From Chloroflexota bacterium (GTDB lineage Bacteria; Chloroflexota; UBA6077; JAJPHF01): a DNA stretch of 64,000 bases. A program made the translations under genes and the position numbers. Within the stretch, counting starts at the first letter, position 1. The number at the start of each line of letters is the position of its first letter. This document shows positions 9,939-19,233 of the stretch, in pieces. Under the pieces are notes generated by a model that was given only the letters and a program-made list of their open reading frames with translations, ran no database searches and had not been told where the DNA came from. The stretch spans positions 8,972 through 72,971 of the forward strand of contig DATGKN010000119.1 in assembly GCA_035294645.1 (NCBI GenBank), in the 5' to 3' direction.

Positions 9939-10723
9939 GCGCCCCGCGCCAGCCAGCGGGCCTCGCGCTGGGCGCCGGGTTCTGGATCGCCGTCCAGTTC
10001 TTGACGCGCCTGCCGGCGCCCCAGCCCCACGTACAGTGCGTCGCCCAGCTCGGGGTGGCGCTGCCGTTTTTTCCCGCTGTCGGCTTGCTGCTCGGCGCGC
10101 TGCTGGCGGCGGGCGAGTGGGCCTTGCGGCCGCTGCTGGCGCCCACGGTCGTTAGCGCGCTGCTGGTGGCCGCGCTGGTGGTACTCACCGGCGCGCTGCA
10201 TCTCGACGGGTTGGTCGATACCTGCGACGCGCTGTGCCTGAACGCCGCGCCCACCGAGCGGCTCGCGCTGATGCACGATAGCCGCGCGCGCGACCCGGGC
10301 GCCATCGCCGCCTGCCTCTTGCTGCTGGGCAAGTTTGCCGCCATCCTCCTGCTACCCGAAACGGTCCGTACCAGCGCGCTGCTGGTCGCGCCGCTGGTGG
10401 GCCGCTGGGCCAACGTGGCGGCGTACTGGGGCTACCCCTACGCGCGGCGCACCCCGGGGGCGAGCCTCGCTCTCAAGCAGGGCGCCACGCGCGCGCGGAT
10501 GCTGGCCGCCACGGCGTTCACCTGCGGTGGCTTACTGCTCGTGCTGGGCCCGGCGGGCGGCCTGGTGCTGCTCGGCGCGGCCGCGCTGACCCATCTCGTC
10601 GCCTGCCTCAGCCGCCAGCGGCTCGGCGGGCTCACCGGCGACGTGTACGGGGCGATCACCGAACTGGTCGAGGCCGCTACCCTCGTGCTCGTCCCGCTAG
10701 CAGTCGGGGCCTACGGATCATGA
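9839..10723 (+). CDS. cobS: Adenosylcobinamide-GDP ribazoletransferase (cobalamin-5'-phosphate synthase), copy 1; start uncertain
   Basis: CobS motifs: VQFLTRLP and LHLDGLVDTCDAL. The only canonical in-frame start (ATG 9839) overlaps the SWIM gene by 100 nt. No ATG or GTG lies between the SWIM stop and the conserved N-terminal motif. Confidence 0.75.
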   Translation: MGPLLAHHGHREDAGCHAATGGPPVDAGARHGLSAPRQPAGLALGAGFWIAVQFLTRLPAPQPHVQCVAQLGVALPFFPAVGLLLGALLAAGEWALRPLLAPTVVSALLVAALVVLTGALHLDGLVDTCDALCLNAAPTERLALMHDSRARDPGAIAACLLLLGKFAAILLLPETVRTSALLVAPLVGRWANVAAYWGYPYARRTPGASLALKQGATRARMLAATAFTCGGLLLVLGPAGGLVLLGAAALTHLVACLSRQRLGGLTGDVYGAITELVEAATLVLVPLAVGAYGS

Positions 10724-11469
10724 GCCTGCTGGTGGCCTTGCAGTTTCTGACGCGCCTGCCGCTGCCGGCCGGCCTGCCGATCGCCGGGCCGGCGCTGGGG
10801 CGCGCACTAGGCTGGTTTCCCCTCGTGGGGGCCCTGCTGGGAGCGGTGCTGGCCGCCGCCGACTGGGCGCTGAGCCACGCGCTCCCGCGCGGGCTGGTCG
10901 ACGTGCTGCTGCTGGCGCTGTTGGCGTTGCTCACGGGCGGGTTGCACCTCGACGGATTCATGGATACCTGCGACGGGCTGTTCAGCTTGCGCAGCCCCGA
11001 GGAGCGCCTAGCCATCTTCCGCGACAGCCGGGTGGGCAGCTTCGGCGTGGTAGGGCTGACCACGCTGCTGCTGCTCCAGTGGGCCGCGCTGGGCGCTCTG
11101 CCGTCCGCCCACCGCGCCGGCTGTCTCATCGTCGCGCTGGCCACCGCGCGCTGGGCGATGGTGTACGCCATCGTGGCATTCCCCTACGGCCGCGCGGAGG
11201 GGTTGGGCCGTGTCTTCAAAGACCAGGCCGGGCCGCACGCCCTGCTGGTGGCCACGGCGCTGGGGGCGCTGATCGCGGGCGGGGTGCTGGGCGGGGTAGG
11301 ACTAGTGACCCTGGCGCTCGCAGCGCTCATCGCCTGGCTGTTCGCCCGCTACTGCCTCGGCCGCCTGCCGGGGCTGACAGGAGACACCTACGGCGCGCTC
11401 AACGAGCTGGTGCAGACGCTGCTGCTGGTGCTGCTGCCGCCACTGCTGCGCGGGCAGGGCGCGGGTTAA
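10720..11469 (+). CDS. cobS: Adenosylcobinamide-GDP ribazoletransferase, copy 2 (tandem paralog)
   Basis: MSLLVALQFLTRLPLP...LHLDGFMDTCDGL. ATGA start/stop overlap with copy 1. Confidence 0.85.
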   Translation: MSLLVALQFLTRLPLPAGLPIAGPALGRALGWFPLVGALLGAVLAAADWALSHALPRGLVDVLLLALLALLTGGLHLDGFMDTCDGLFSLRSPEERLAIFRDSRVGSFGVVGLTTLLLLQWAALGALPSAHRAGCLIVALATARWAMVYAIVAFPYGRAEGLGRVFKDQAGPHALLVATALGALIAGGVLGGVGLVTLALAALIAWLFARYCLGRLPGLTGDTYGALNELVQTLLLVLLPPLLRGQGAG

Positions 11470-11549
11470 GAATCGGTTGACGTTCGCGCCAACGCCCGCC
11501 TGGGGCCCGCCGGACTCTCTACCATAGGCTAGGGGAAGGAACGGTGAAC

Positions 11550-11999
11550 ATGCGGGGCCGTGCACAGGCAGCGGTCGAGTTCGCGCTGGTGCTGCCGCTG
11601 GTGTTGCTGGTGCTGGCCGGCACCATCGAGTTCGGCCGCGCGTTCTTCGCCTACGCCCAGCTGTTGCAAGCCGTGCAGGAGGGCGCGCGCTACGGCGCGC
11701 TGCTGGGCTACGCCACCAACGACGCAGCGATCACCGCGCGCGTGCAGCAGCTCGCGCCGGGCGGCAACGGCGATCCGGTGACGATCAGCGCCACGGTCAG
11801 CCCGACCGACTCCACGCCCGTGCCGGCCGCCAATCGCCAGCGGGGCAACGTGCTGCAAGTGGCGGCCACGCACCGGCATACGGTGCTGATTCCTTTGTTT
11901 CCGCTGAGCAGTCTGCGCCTGAGCGCCAGCGCGAGTATGGTCATCGAGACCAACCCCACCGCCTGGCTACCCGCACCGGCCGCCCCCCGGGAGGCCTGA
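11550..11999 (+). CDS. tadE: TadE/TadF-like pilus assembly (pseudopilin-like) protein
   Basis: N-terminal TadE motif AAVEFALVLPLVLLVLAGTIEFGRAF. GGAAGGAA RBS, ATG 8 nt downstream. Confidence 0.8.
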   Translation: MRGRAQAAVEFALVLPLVLLVLAGTIEFGRAFFAYAQLLQAVQEGARYGALLGYATNDAAITARVQQLAPGGNGDPVTISATVSPTDSTPVPAANRQRGNVLQVAATHRHTVLIPLFPLSSLRLSASASMVIETNPTAWLPAPAAPREA

Positions 12000-12002
12000 G
12001 CG

Positions 12003-12917
12003 ATGCGGGCGCGCGGGCAGGTCGTGGTGCTGGTCGCGGCGGCGCTACCGGTGCTGCTCGGCTTTCTCGGGCTCGCACTCGACGGGGGCTATTACTTCGC
12101 GGCCCGCGGCGCCGTGCAGTTCGCCGCCGACGCCGCCGCGCACGCCGCCGCGCAGGATGTGCAACTGGCGCAAGCCGGCAACGCGCTGTACTACGGCCGC
12201 GCCGCGACCGATGGCCAAACCGTAGGCCGCAACAACGTGGTGCCCCTGGAACTGACTGCTATCACCGTGGAGATCGCCTATAACGATTCGGCCACCGCGG
12301 CGCCCACCAGCAGTGGGTGGTACACGACCCTGCCGACTAGTAACACGCGCGCGGTGCGGGCGACGGTGCGCGCGCAATACCCCACGCTGTTCCTCAAGCT
12401 ACTGGGGATCCCGCTGGTCGGGCTCGAGCGCACGGCCGTGGTCAGCCTGGGCGGGAGCGGGCTGCTGCCGCTGGCGGTCTGTGTCGCCGAGATGCAGCAG
12501 TTCCCAGCGGGGCCCTGGACGATCTACCAGAACGGCAGCTCGCTGTGCCGGCCCGCGCCCGTGTTGCTCTGGGATGGCCTGGTCAACATCGACAACCAGC
12601 GCAACTGCGGCACCGGCAACAACAGCTACTACCAGTGGATCGTGCCGCGGCCCAGCGCGCCCGCGCCGCCCGGCACGACGGTCACCCTCGACACGCGCGG
12701 CTGCAGCGGTCGCATCGACAACTGGGTGACCCAGGCCGGGTACACCAGCGCCACCATCCTCGTGGTGGACACGAGCACGGTGCTGGCCCCGTTGTTCTTG
12801 CAAGCCACGGTGAAAGGGTGTCGCGACGTGCAGCTCGCCATCCCGCGCAACAACGTGATCACCGCGACCCCACTCGGCCCGGTCCGCGGCTGTAGCGCGC
12901 TGGTGCAGACCTACTGA
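12003..12917 (+). CDS. tadG: TadG-like pilus assembly protein with Cys-rich C-terminal domain
   Basis: N-terminal TadE/G-like segment (VVVLVAAALPVLLGFLGLALDGGYYFAARGAVQFAADAAAHAAA). Long C-terminal domain with several Cys. Confidence 0.7.
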   Translation: MRARGQVVVLVAAALPVLLGFLGLALDGGYYFAARGAVQFAADAAAHAAAQDVQLAQAGNALYYGRAATDGQTVGRNNVVPLELTAITVEIAYNDSATAAPTSSGWYTTLPTSNTRAVRATVRAQYPTLFLKLLGIPLVGLERTAVVSLGGSGLLPLAVCVAEMQQFPAGPWTIYQNGSSLCRPAPVLLWDGLVNIDNQRNCGTGNNSYYQWIVPRPSAPAPPGTTVTLDTRGCSGRIDNWVTQAGYTSATILVVDTSTVLAPLFLQATVKGCRDVQLAIPRNNVITATPLGPVRGCSALVQTY

Positions 12918-13432
12918 CCCGCGGGCAGCTCGTACAGCACGGTGATGTGCTCGCGATTCACCGCCGCATAGCTCACGCGCGCCACCTCCGCGTCGGTGGC
13001 CGCCTGGGCGACGCGCACGTCGGTCAGGGGCAAGAACTGACTCTGGAGGTTAGCGAGATACTGTTCCCACACCACGTGCTCCAACAGATGCAGCGCACCG
13101 CTGAGTAGGTAGGCACCGACGCCCAGGCCCACGCGCACCGGCTCCTTGGCCACCAGCAGGCCCGCGGGCGAGCGCGGCTGCGTCTCCGTAGTCGGCAGGA
13201 CGAACAGCACATCGTGCTTGCGCAGCAGCACGCGGCGGTGCGCGGGCGGCCAGACCTGGGCGCCCGTAGGCAGGATTTGGCCACCATGCAGCACGAGGTA
13301 GACGGCCGCGGTGTTGTTGAGCAGGTCGGTGAGCCGGCGGTAGCGCCCCAGCTCGACGAACCCGCGGACCCAGCCGTGCGCCGTGCAGGCGTTGATGCCA
13401 ACGACCTCACCCGTGCTGGCGGCCGGCTGCAT
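12911..13432 (-). CDS. Hypothetical protein (173 aa), last gene of the minus-strand tad operon
   Basis: GGGGAGAGG RBS 8 nt before the ATG, 20 nt after the cpaB stop. Soluble; no recognisable domain. The 3' end overlaps the convergent tadG. Confidence 0.5.
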   Translation of the reverse strand: MQPAASTGEVVGINACTAHGWVRGFVELGRYRRLTDLLNNTAAVYLVLHGGQILPTGAQVWPPAHRRVLLRKHDVLFVLPTTETQPRSPAGLLVAKEPVRVGLGVGAYLLSGALHLLEHVVWEQYLANLQSQFLPLTDVRVAQAATDAEVARVSYAAVNREHITVLYELPAGQ

Positions 13433-13451
13433 CGTTATCGCCTCTCCCCGC

Positions 13452-14210
13452 TCACGGCCCGGCGCCGGCCGGCTCCCGCAGGTACGCGCGGGCTAGCTCC
13501 TCGATAGTCACCGGCTCGGTGGGCACCGTGCCGCCCTGGTCGAAGCGCCGCAGGGCTAGGGCGATGCGCCCGCCCGTCTCCAGCAGGTACTCCAGCACCA
13601 CGGCCTGCTGGTAGTCCAGCAGCAGGGTCACGGTCGCCACGGGGGTGTTGCTGGCGCGTGGCCGGCCTTCGGGCTGCCACGGCCCCACGGCGAACACCGG
13701 CACGTCCTGGAAGATGGTGCGCGCCACCGGCTCGTTGTTGGCGCGGTTCCAGGTGGCGATCACATCCACCCGGTCGCCCGGCTGGACGGCGCCCGCCACG
13801 GTCAGCGTCTCGGAGGCTGGAATAGCCAGAGCGACTTTGTCGCGCGGGATGAGCGCCGAAGGACGCACCCCGGCCGCGCCGCCGACACTCGAGGCCAGCC
13901 GCTCGGGGGTATCCAGCACGATCTCGCCGGGGGCGAGCGCCACGGTAGTGGCCTTACCGATCAGCTGGGCCGGCTGGGGCACGGCGCCGGGCGGCACCAG
14001 CTCGCTGGGCACCTGGCGGGTCGTCAGTAGCTGGTCGATGTTGCTGCCAGTGAACAGCGTGCGCTCCGGAATCGCCTCGCGGGCTACCACCACGGTGGTG
14101 GTGGCCCGGCCGGCGCTCTGCACACTCGTGAGAGTGGCGTACACCGCGACGCCGACTAGCAAGGCGAGCGTGGCGCCCGCGGCGATCAGCAGCTTGCTCG
14201 TCGAGTCCAT
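13452..14210 (-). CDS. cpaB: Flp pilus assembly protein CpaB/RcpC
   Basis: N-terminal TM helix (LLIAAGATLALLVGVAVYATL) plus SAF/CpaB domain architecture. Confidence 0.8.
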   Translation of the reverse strand: MDSTSKLLIAAGATLALLVGVAVYATLTSVQSAGRATTTVVVAREAIPERTLFTGSNIDQLLTTRQVPSELVPPGAVPQPAQLIGKATTVALAPGEIVLDTPERLASSVGGAAGVRPSALIPRDKVALAIPASETLTVAGAVQPGDRVDVIATWNRANNEPVARTIFQDVPVFAVGPWQPEGRPRASNTPVATVTLLLDYQQAVVLEYLLETGGRIALALRRFDQGGTVPTEPVTIEELARAYLREPAGAGP

Positions 14211-14216
14211 GAGTCC

Positions 14217-15137
14217 TCAAGGCCGGCCCAGCAGGGCGATCGCGCTCAAGACCGCCGGGCCGATGATCACGATGAACAGCATCGGCATGATACAGAGCAC
14301 GATGGGGAACAGCAGCTTGATCGGCGCCTGCCGGGCCAGCTCCTCCGCGCGCACCCGGCGCGCCGTGCGCAGCGAGCGGGCCTGGGCGCGGAGCGCTCGC
14401 GCCAGCCCCGTGCCCAACTCCTCGGCCTGGATCACCGCGGCGGCGAACTCGCGCAGGTGCAGCGACTGCGTGCGGGTAGCCAAGGCTTGTAGCGCCTCGC
14501 GGCGCGACCGGCCGAGCTGCAAATCGGTCAAGTAGCGCCGCAGCTCCTCGACCAACGGCCCGCGGCCCCGCTCGCACAGGAAGGCGATCGCGCTGTCGAA
14601 ACTCAGCCCGGCCTCCAGGCTGAGGATCAGCACATCTACCGCGTCGACCAGCTCGCGCTCGATCGCCGCGCGGCGCGCGCGAACCATCCGGTCGAGCACG
14701 ACCACCGGCAGCGCGTAGCCCAGCGCTAGCCCCAACAGCATCCCCAGCGGCCCAGGCACCCGCGCCAGCAGGGCCAGCACACCGCCTAGCGTGCCCCCCA
14801 CGACCACAGCCAGCAAGCGCAGCCCCAGGAACTCCGCCACCGTCGTCTGCTCGGCCAGACCCGCGCGCGCCAGGGTAGCCCGCAGCTCGCGCACGCGCGC
14901 CGGCGACAGGCGCGCCGCCCAGCGCTGCCCCAAGTCCCCCAGCAGGTCACTGGCCGATGGGGAGCGGCCGGGCGCCGGTTCGGCCATGGCGCCGATCAGG
15001 CCAAAGCGCGTCAGCCGCTGGCGCATGACGCGCTGCTGGTGTAGCCGCAAGGCGGCCACCGTGAGCAGCAGCACGCCGAGCGCGCTGGCGAACGCCAGCC
15101 CCGCGGCGGTCACCGCCAGTCCGACGCCTCCCGTCAC
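14217..15137 (-). CDS. tadC: Type II secretion system F-family membrane protein TadC
   Basis: GspF/TadB-C family polytopic membrane protein. Confidence 0.8.
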   Translation of the reverse strand: MTGGVGLAVTAAGLAFASALGVLLLTVAALRLHQQRVMRQRLTRFGLIGAMAEPAPGRSPSASDLLGDLGQRWAARLSPARVRELRATLARAGLAEQTTVAEFLGLRLLAVVVGGTLGGVLALLARVPGPLGMLLGLALGYALPVVVLDRMVRARRAAIERELVDAVDVLILSLEAGLSFDSAIAFLCERGRGPLVEELRRYLTDLQLGRSRREALQALATRTQSLHLREFAAAVIQAEELGTGLARALRAQARSLRTARRVRAEELARQAPIKLLFPIVLCIMPMLFIVIIGPAVLSAIALLGRP

Positions 15138-15138
15138 C

Positions 15139-16035
15139 TCAAACCTCCACGCGGTTGAGGATGCGGATGCTCAGCAACCCCACGCCGAGCAGCACCAGCG
15201 CGAACAACAGCAGCACGCGGCCGGCCTCGGTGTTGAACAGCGGGCTGATGTAAGAGGGGCTGGCCATCAGCATCACGCCCACCACCACGAACGGCAGCGC
15301 GGCCAGCACCCAGCCGGAAAACCGCGCCTGCGCCGTAAGCGCGCGCAGCTCGGCCTGCAGCTGCAAGCGCTCGTGGATGGCGGCAGCCAGGTTCATCAGC
15401 AGCCCGGGCAAGTCCCCCCCCACCCGGTGCTGCACCGCCAGGATGGTGGCGAAGAAGTGGAACACCCCGCTGTGGGTACGCTCGGCCAGCGCGTCGAGCG
15501 CCGCCTGCAGCGGCTGGCCGAGCTCGATCGCCCGCAACACCTGGGCGAACTCCTGGGCGATCGGATCGGGGGCGTCCTCGACCACCCGCTGCAGCGCTTG
15601 CACCAGGCTGGCACCGCTCTCCATGGCCGCGGCCATGGTCTGCAGCGCCGGCGCGAGCTGGGCCTCTAGCAGCGCGCGGCGCTCGCGCTGGCGCTGGTAC
15701 TCCAACCAAACGATTACCGTGCCACAGGCCATGACCAGCGGCAGCACCAACGACCAGGCCAGCCCCAGCAGGCCGCCTAGCGCCAGCAGCACGATGGCCA
15801 AGCTCAGCGCAGCGCTACCCCGGTGCCGCGCCACCCACTGGCCGCCTCCGTGCAGCACCCCCCACAACGGGTGCGGTGACGCTGCAGCAGCAGCGGGAGC
15901 ATCGGCCAGCGTCAGGAACCGGCGCGCGCGCCGGCGCATGGCGCGCCGCTGTCGCCACCCCCGAGCGCTGGCGACTACTAGCAAGAAGGTCGCCGCGCTC
16001 GCTGCCATCGCCGCTACGAAGGGAAGCAGCTCCAT
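15139..16035 (-). CDS. tadB: Type II secretion system F-family membrane protein TadB
   Basis: GspF-like family; adjacent paralog of tadC. Confidence 0.8.
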   Translation of the reverse strand: MELLPFVAAMAASAATFLLVVASARGWRQRRAMRRRARRFLTLADAPAAAAASPHPLWGVLHGGGQWVARHRGSAALSLAIVLLALGGLLGLAWSLVLPLVMACGTVIVWLEYQRQRERRALLEAQLAPALQTMAAAMESGASLVQALQRVVEDAPDPIAQEFAQVLRAIELGQPLQAALDALAERTHSGVFHFFATILAVQHRVGGDLPGLLMNLAAAIHERLQLQAELRALTAQARFSGWVLAALPFVVVGVMLMASPSYISPLFNTEAGRVLLLFALVLLGVGLLSIRILNRVEV

Positions 16036-16041
16036 GGCACG

Positions 16042-17238
16042 TCACCCTCGCGCGTCGTTGCCGGCGCGCTCGACGTACTCGGCGAGCTTGTGCATGATCT
16101 GCGAGAACTCCGCCCTAGGGTTAGCGAGCACCACCGGCCGCCCCAGGTTCAGCGCGCTGGTCAGCTGGCGCCCGTAGCTGTTCAGGCGGAAATATTGGCC
16201 CGGGCCGAGTACTCGCTCGACCTCCTGCGGCGCGATGCCGACGTTCGAATTGGCCCGGTTGATGATCACCGCGATCTTACTGCGCGGGTAGCCGAGCGTC
16301 TCGGCGAGCTGCAAGAAGTGCTTGGCGTTGCGCAGGGCCCCTAGCTCCGGGTGCAGCACTAGGAAGATCACATCCGAACGGTCGAGCACCGCTAACAACT
16401 CTTCATCGTACGACACCTGGCAGTCGATGACGACGTAATCGAACGAGCGCGCCAGGACGGTGAGCACGCGCTCGATACAGGTAGCGTCGATCGTCTCGGC
16501 CAGCTCGGGGCGCTCGGGCCGGATCAGCAGCTCGACGCCGCTCTCGTGCTTGGCCAGCACCTGGTCGAGCAGGCTACTGTCCAGCTCCTCTAGATGCGGG
16601 AGCAGATCGACGATACTGCGGCCGAACGGCAGGTCCAGCAGGATGTTGGCATCGCCGAAGCGCAGGTCCGCATCCATGAGCACCACTCGCTTGCCGGTGC
16701 GCAGGCGCAGAGTGACCGCGAGGTTCACGGCGATAGTGGTTTTGCCCTGGCCGCCCTTGGGGCTGAACAACGCCACGCGCCGGGCGAGGCGTGGCGGGGG
16801 GGCGGGCACGACGGGCGCAGCGGGCGCGCCACGGGCGAGCAGCGCCTGCCGCTCCAGCGCCCGCTGGCGCACCGTGCGAATCGTGTCAGCCATCTGCGCG
16901 GCATCGGTGATCGGCTTGAGCAAGTAGCCCTGCGCCCCGGCCACCATCGCGCGCTGCATGTACTCGGTGCGCTCCTCCGAGCTGACCATGATCACCGAGC
17001 TGTCGGGGTTCTTGGAAGCGATCAGCCAGGTGGCGTGGATGCCGTCGATATCCGGCAGATGCACATCCATGAGGATCACATCGGGGTGCAGCTCGCTCGC
17101 GCGGCGCACCGCCTCTTGGCCGGTGGAGACGACGTCGACGACCTCCATGTCGGGCTGGGCAGCGAGCATGTCGCGGATCAGCCGCGCGGCCAGCGCGCTG
17201 TCGTCTACGACCAGGATGCGAATCTTCGGCGCTGCCAT
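16042..17238 (-). CDS. cpaE: CpaE/TadZ-like pilus localisation protein: N-terminal response-regulator receiver fused to ParA/MinD-like ATPase domain
   Basis: REC domain (RILVVDDSALAARLIRDML...ILMDVHLPDIDG...GYLLKP). Deviant Walker A (VALFSPKGGQGKTTIAVNLA). Confidence 0.85.
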   Translation of the reverse strand: MAAPKIRILVVDDSALAARLIRDMLAAQPDMEVVDVVSTGQEAVRRASELHPDVILMDVHLPDIDGIHATWLIASKNPDSSVIMVSSEERTEYMQRAMVAGAQGYLLKPITDAAQMADTIRTVRQRALERQALLARGAPAAPVVPAPPPRLARRVALFSPKGGQGKTTIAVNLAVTLRLRTGKRVVLMDADLRFGDANILLDLPFGRSIVDLLPHLEELDSSLLDQVLAKHESGVELLIRPERPELAETIDATCIERVLTVLARSFDYVVIDCQVSYDEELLAVLDRSDVIFLVLHPELGALRNAKHFLQLAETLGYPRSKIAVIINRANSNVGIAPQEVERVLGPGQYFRLNSYGRQLTSALNLGRPVVLANPRAEFSQIMHKLAEYVERAGNDARG

Positions 17239-17462
17239 GCCCGTCGCTCGCCTCGGCCTACCCGCAGCGGGTACGGGGTGATGACTACAGCGGGAGGCAA
17301 CTACCTAGCCCGCTGGGCCCCAGCCCCGGCCTTCGCGCTGCCCGTCCGCGCATTAGATAGCATGCCGCGGCCCACCGCAACCGGGTGTGCCAGAGTTGTG
17401 ACCTGCCGGCAGTATACTCGCCCCCCCATCCGTGGTCCGCTCGCCGCACCAGGCGCCGCGCG

Positions 17463-18245
17463 TCAACGCTCGCGCGCGGGCAGCGGCAGCGGCTGGTCTT
17501 GGCGGTACGGCAGCCCCAGGCGCAGCGCGACCTCGGCGCGCGCCAGCTCGGCGCCCAGGTACGCCGCGTGGTCGAGCCGCGAGACGAGCCCGGCGGCCAG
17601 GATCGCGCGGTACAGCTCGGCGGCCGTGCGCCCCACGAAGCGATGGCCCGTCGGCCCGCTGAGGGCGGTCGCGTGGGCGACCACGATCTGCCCCTCGGCC
17701 ACCGCGACCAGGAAGTTGCCCAGCGGGTCGGGCTCCCAGCTCGCCCCGGCGGACGGCTGGGCCAGTGGGACGGCATCGAGTGGTGGCGGCGTCCACCCGG
17801 CGGGCACCAGCACCGGCGTGCCCGTCGCGGTCGGCGGGGGCAAGGCACGGATCGCCGCGGCCACGCGCGCCGGATCGGTGCAACCGCGCAGGTCGACCGC
17901 CCTGACCTGGCGGCGGAAGCGCTCGACAGCCGCGGGGGGCAGGCGCAGCTCGGTGCCTGGCACGGTGCCGTCCGCAGCCAGGCCGTGCGCGACCAGGGCC
18001 ACCAGGGCGCGGCCGCTGCCCGTGTAATCGACGCCGCAGACGACCAAGTAGCGCAGTGTGGGGTGGGCCAGCACGCTATCGACCAACAGGCCAATGCCCC
18101 ACAGCGAGTAGAGGTTGCCGCAGGCAGCGTACAACTCCCGCGGCACGCCCGCCAGGATGCGGTCCTGGGGCGTCCAGAGGGTCACGAGCCCCACAGGACT
18201 CGCAGGGTCGCCGAGAGTGACCTCGGGGGGATAGCTGCTAGCCAT
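17463..18245 (-). CDS. MtrA-like protein (homolog of tetrahydromethanopterin S-methyltransferase subunit A) with DUF4346-like C-terminal half
   Basis: Recalled alignment to archaeal MtrA: ...VTLGDPASPVGLVTLWTP / YVVGNPESCVGVVTLGSH and LRYLVVCGVDYTGSGRALVALVAHGLAADGTVPGTE...AVERFRRQVRAVDLRGCTDPARVAAAIRAL / [34 protein letters not shown]...AVERFRQQIEIVDLID. Identified from memory, not from a search. Confidence 0.6.
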   Translation of the reverse strand: MASSYPPEVTLGDPASPVGLVTLWTPQDRILAGVPRELYAACGNLYSLWGIGLLVDSVLAHPTLRYLVVCGVDYTGSGRALVALVAHGLAADGTVPGTELRLPPAAVERFRRQVRAVDLRGCTDPARVAAAIRALPPPTATGTPVLVPAGWTPPPLDAVPLAQPSAGASWEPDPLGNFLVAVAEGQIVVAHATALSGPTGHRFVGRTAAELYRAILAAGLVSRLDHAAYLGAELARAEVALRLGLPYRQDQPLPLPARER

Positions 18246-18471
18246 TGCGCGTCGGCAAGTCCCCTTTCTGTGGGCAGGATACGCGGCGCACAGACCCGCA
18301 ACAAGCGCTGCGGGGCCGACCGCGGGTATGGAATCCTCTATAGCGAGAAGCGCCCGCCAGGGGCGTGGGGCGTACTGGCGCGCGATTGCCCCGCTGCTGG
18401 CAACATGGTACGATCACACAGTTGCCCGAGGCGGCAGGCGCGCGCTTGGCGAGAGCAGCGAGAGAGCGGCT

Positions 18472-19233
18472 ATGGCGCGCATCATCGCCGTCGCGAACCA
18501 GAAAGGCGGCGTGGGCAAGACGACGACGACCGCGAACCTCGGCGCCGCCTTGACCATGCTCGACCACCGTGTGCTGTTGGTGGACATGGACCCACAGGGC
18601 AATCTCACCGCCGCCTTCGGCCTGGAGAAGCAGGCGGAGTGCACGGTGGCCGATGCTCTGCTGGACCGCCGCGTGCCGCTGCCCATCGTGCCGGTGAACC
18701 CCGCAACCCATCCACGGCTCGACCTGGTGCCCTCGGCGATCCCCCTGGCGATGGCCGAGGCCGCGTTGAGCAACAAGCTCGGCCGCGAGCTCCGCCTACG
18801 CGACCAACTAGTCCCGGTCCAGGACGCGTACGACTACATCCTGATCGATACGCCGCCCGCCTTGGGCCTGCTGACCATCAACGCGCTAGTGGCGGCCACC
18901 GGGGTGATCGTACCCACCGAGGCCCGCTTCTTCTCCCTCCAAGGCCTCCAGATGCTCCAAGAGAGCGTCGACGAGATCCTATACCTCAACCCTCGGCTCA
19001 CCCTGCTTGGTATTCTGTTAAGCAAGCTGGACCGGCGCTTGCGCGAGGAGCGGGCGGTAGCCGAGTACCTGCGCGAGCGGTGGGGGGCGCTGGTGTTCCG
19101 CACGGAGATCAGCGCCAACAGCAAGATTCTGGAGGCGGGGTCGGCGGGCACCTCGGTTTTCCGTTATGCTGGAGCCGAGCGCGCCGCCGAGTTGTATTTG
19201 GCTCTGGCCCGAGAGGTGGTGGAGCGTGGCTGA
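18472..19233 (+). CDS. parA: ParA/Soj-family deviant Walker-A ATPase (orphan, immediately upstream of ftsZ)
   Basis: [27 protein letters not shown]...[20 protein letters not shown]. Confidence 0.85.
   Translation: MARIIAVANQKGGVGKTTTTANLGAALTMLDHRVLLVDMDPQGNLTAAFGLEKQAECTVADALLDRRVPLPIVPVNPATHPRLDLVPSAIPLAMAEAALSNKLGRELRLRDQLVPVQDAYDYILIDTPPALGLLTINALVAATGVIVPTEARFFSLQGLQMLQESVDEILYLNPRLTLLGILLSKLDRRLREERAVAEYLRERWGALVFRTEISANSKILEAGSAGTSVFRYAGAERAAELYLALAREVVERG

Noticed and set aside
11470-17462. Flp pilin gene near the tad locus
   Set aside because: I translated all frames of the flanking intergenic regions (11470-11543, 17239-17462) and looked for the G/xxxxEY[GA]L pilin motif. Only non-hydrophobic short ORFs were found, so no pilin is called.
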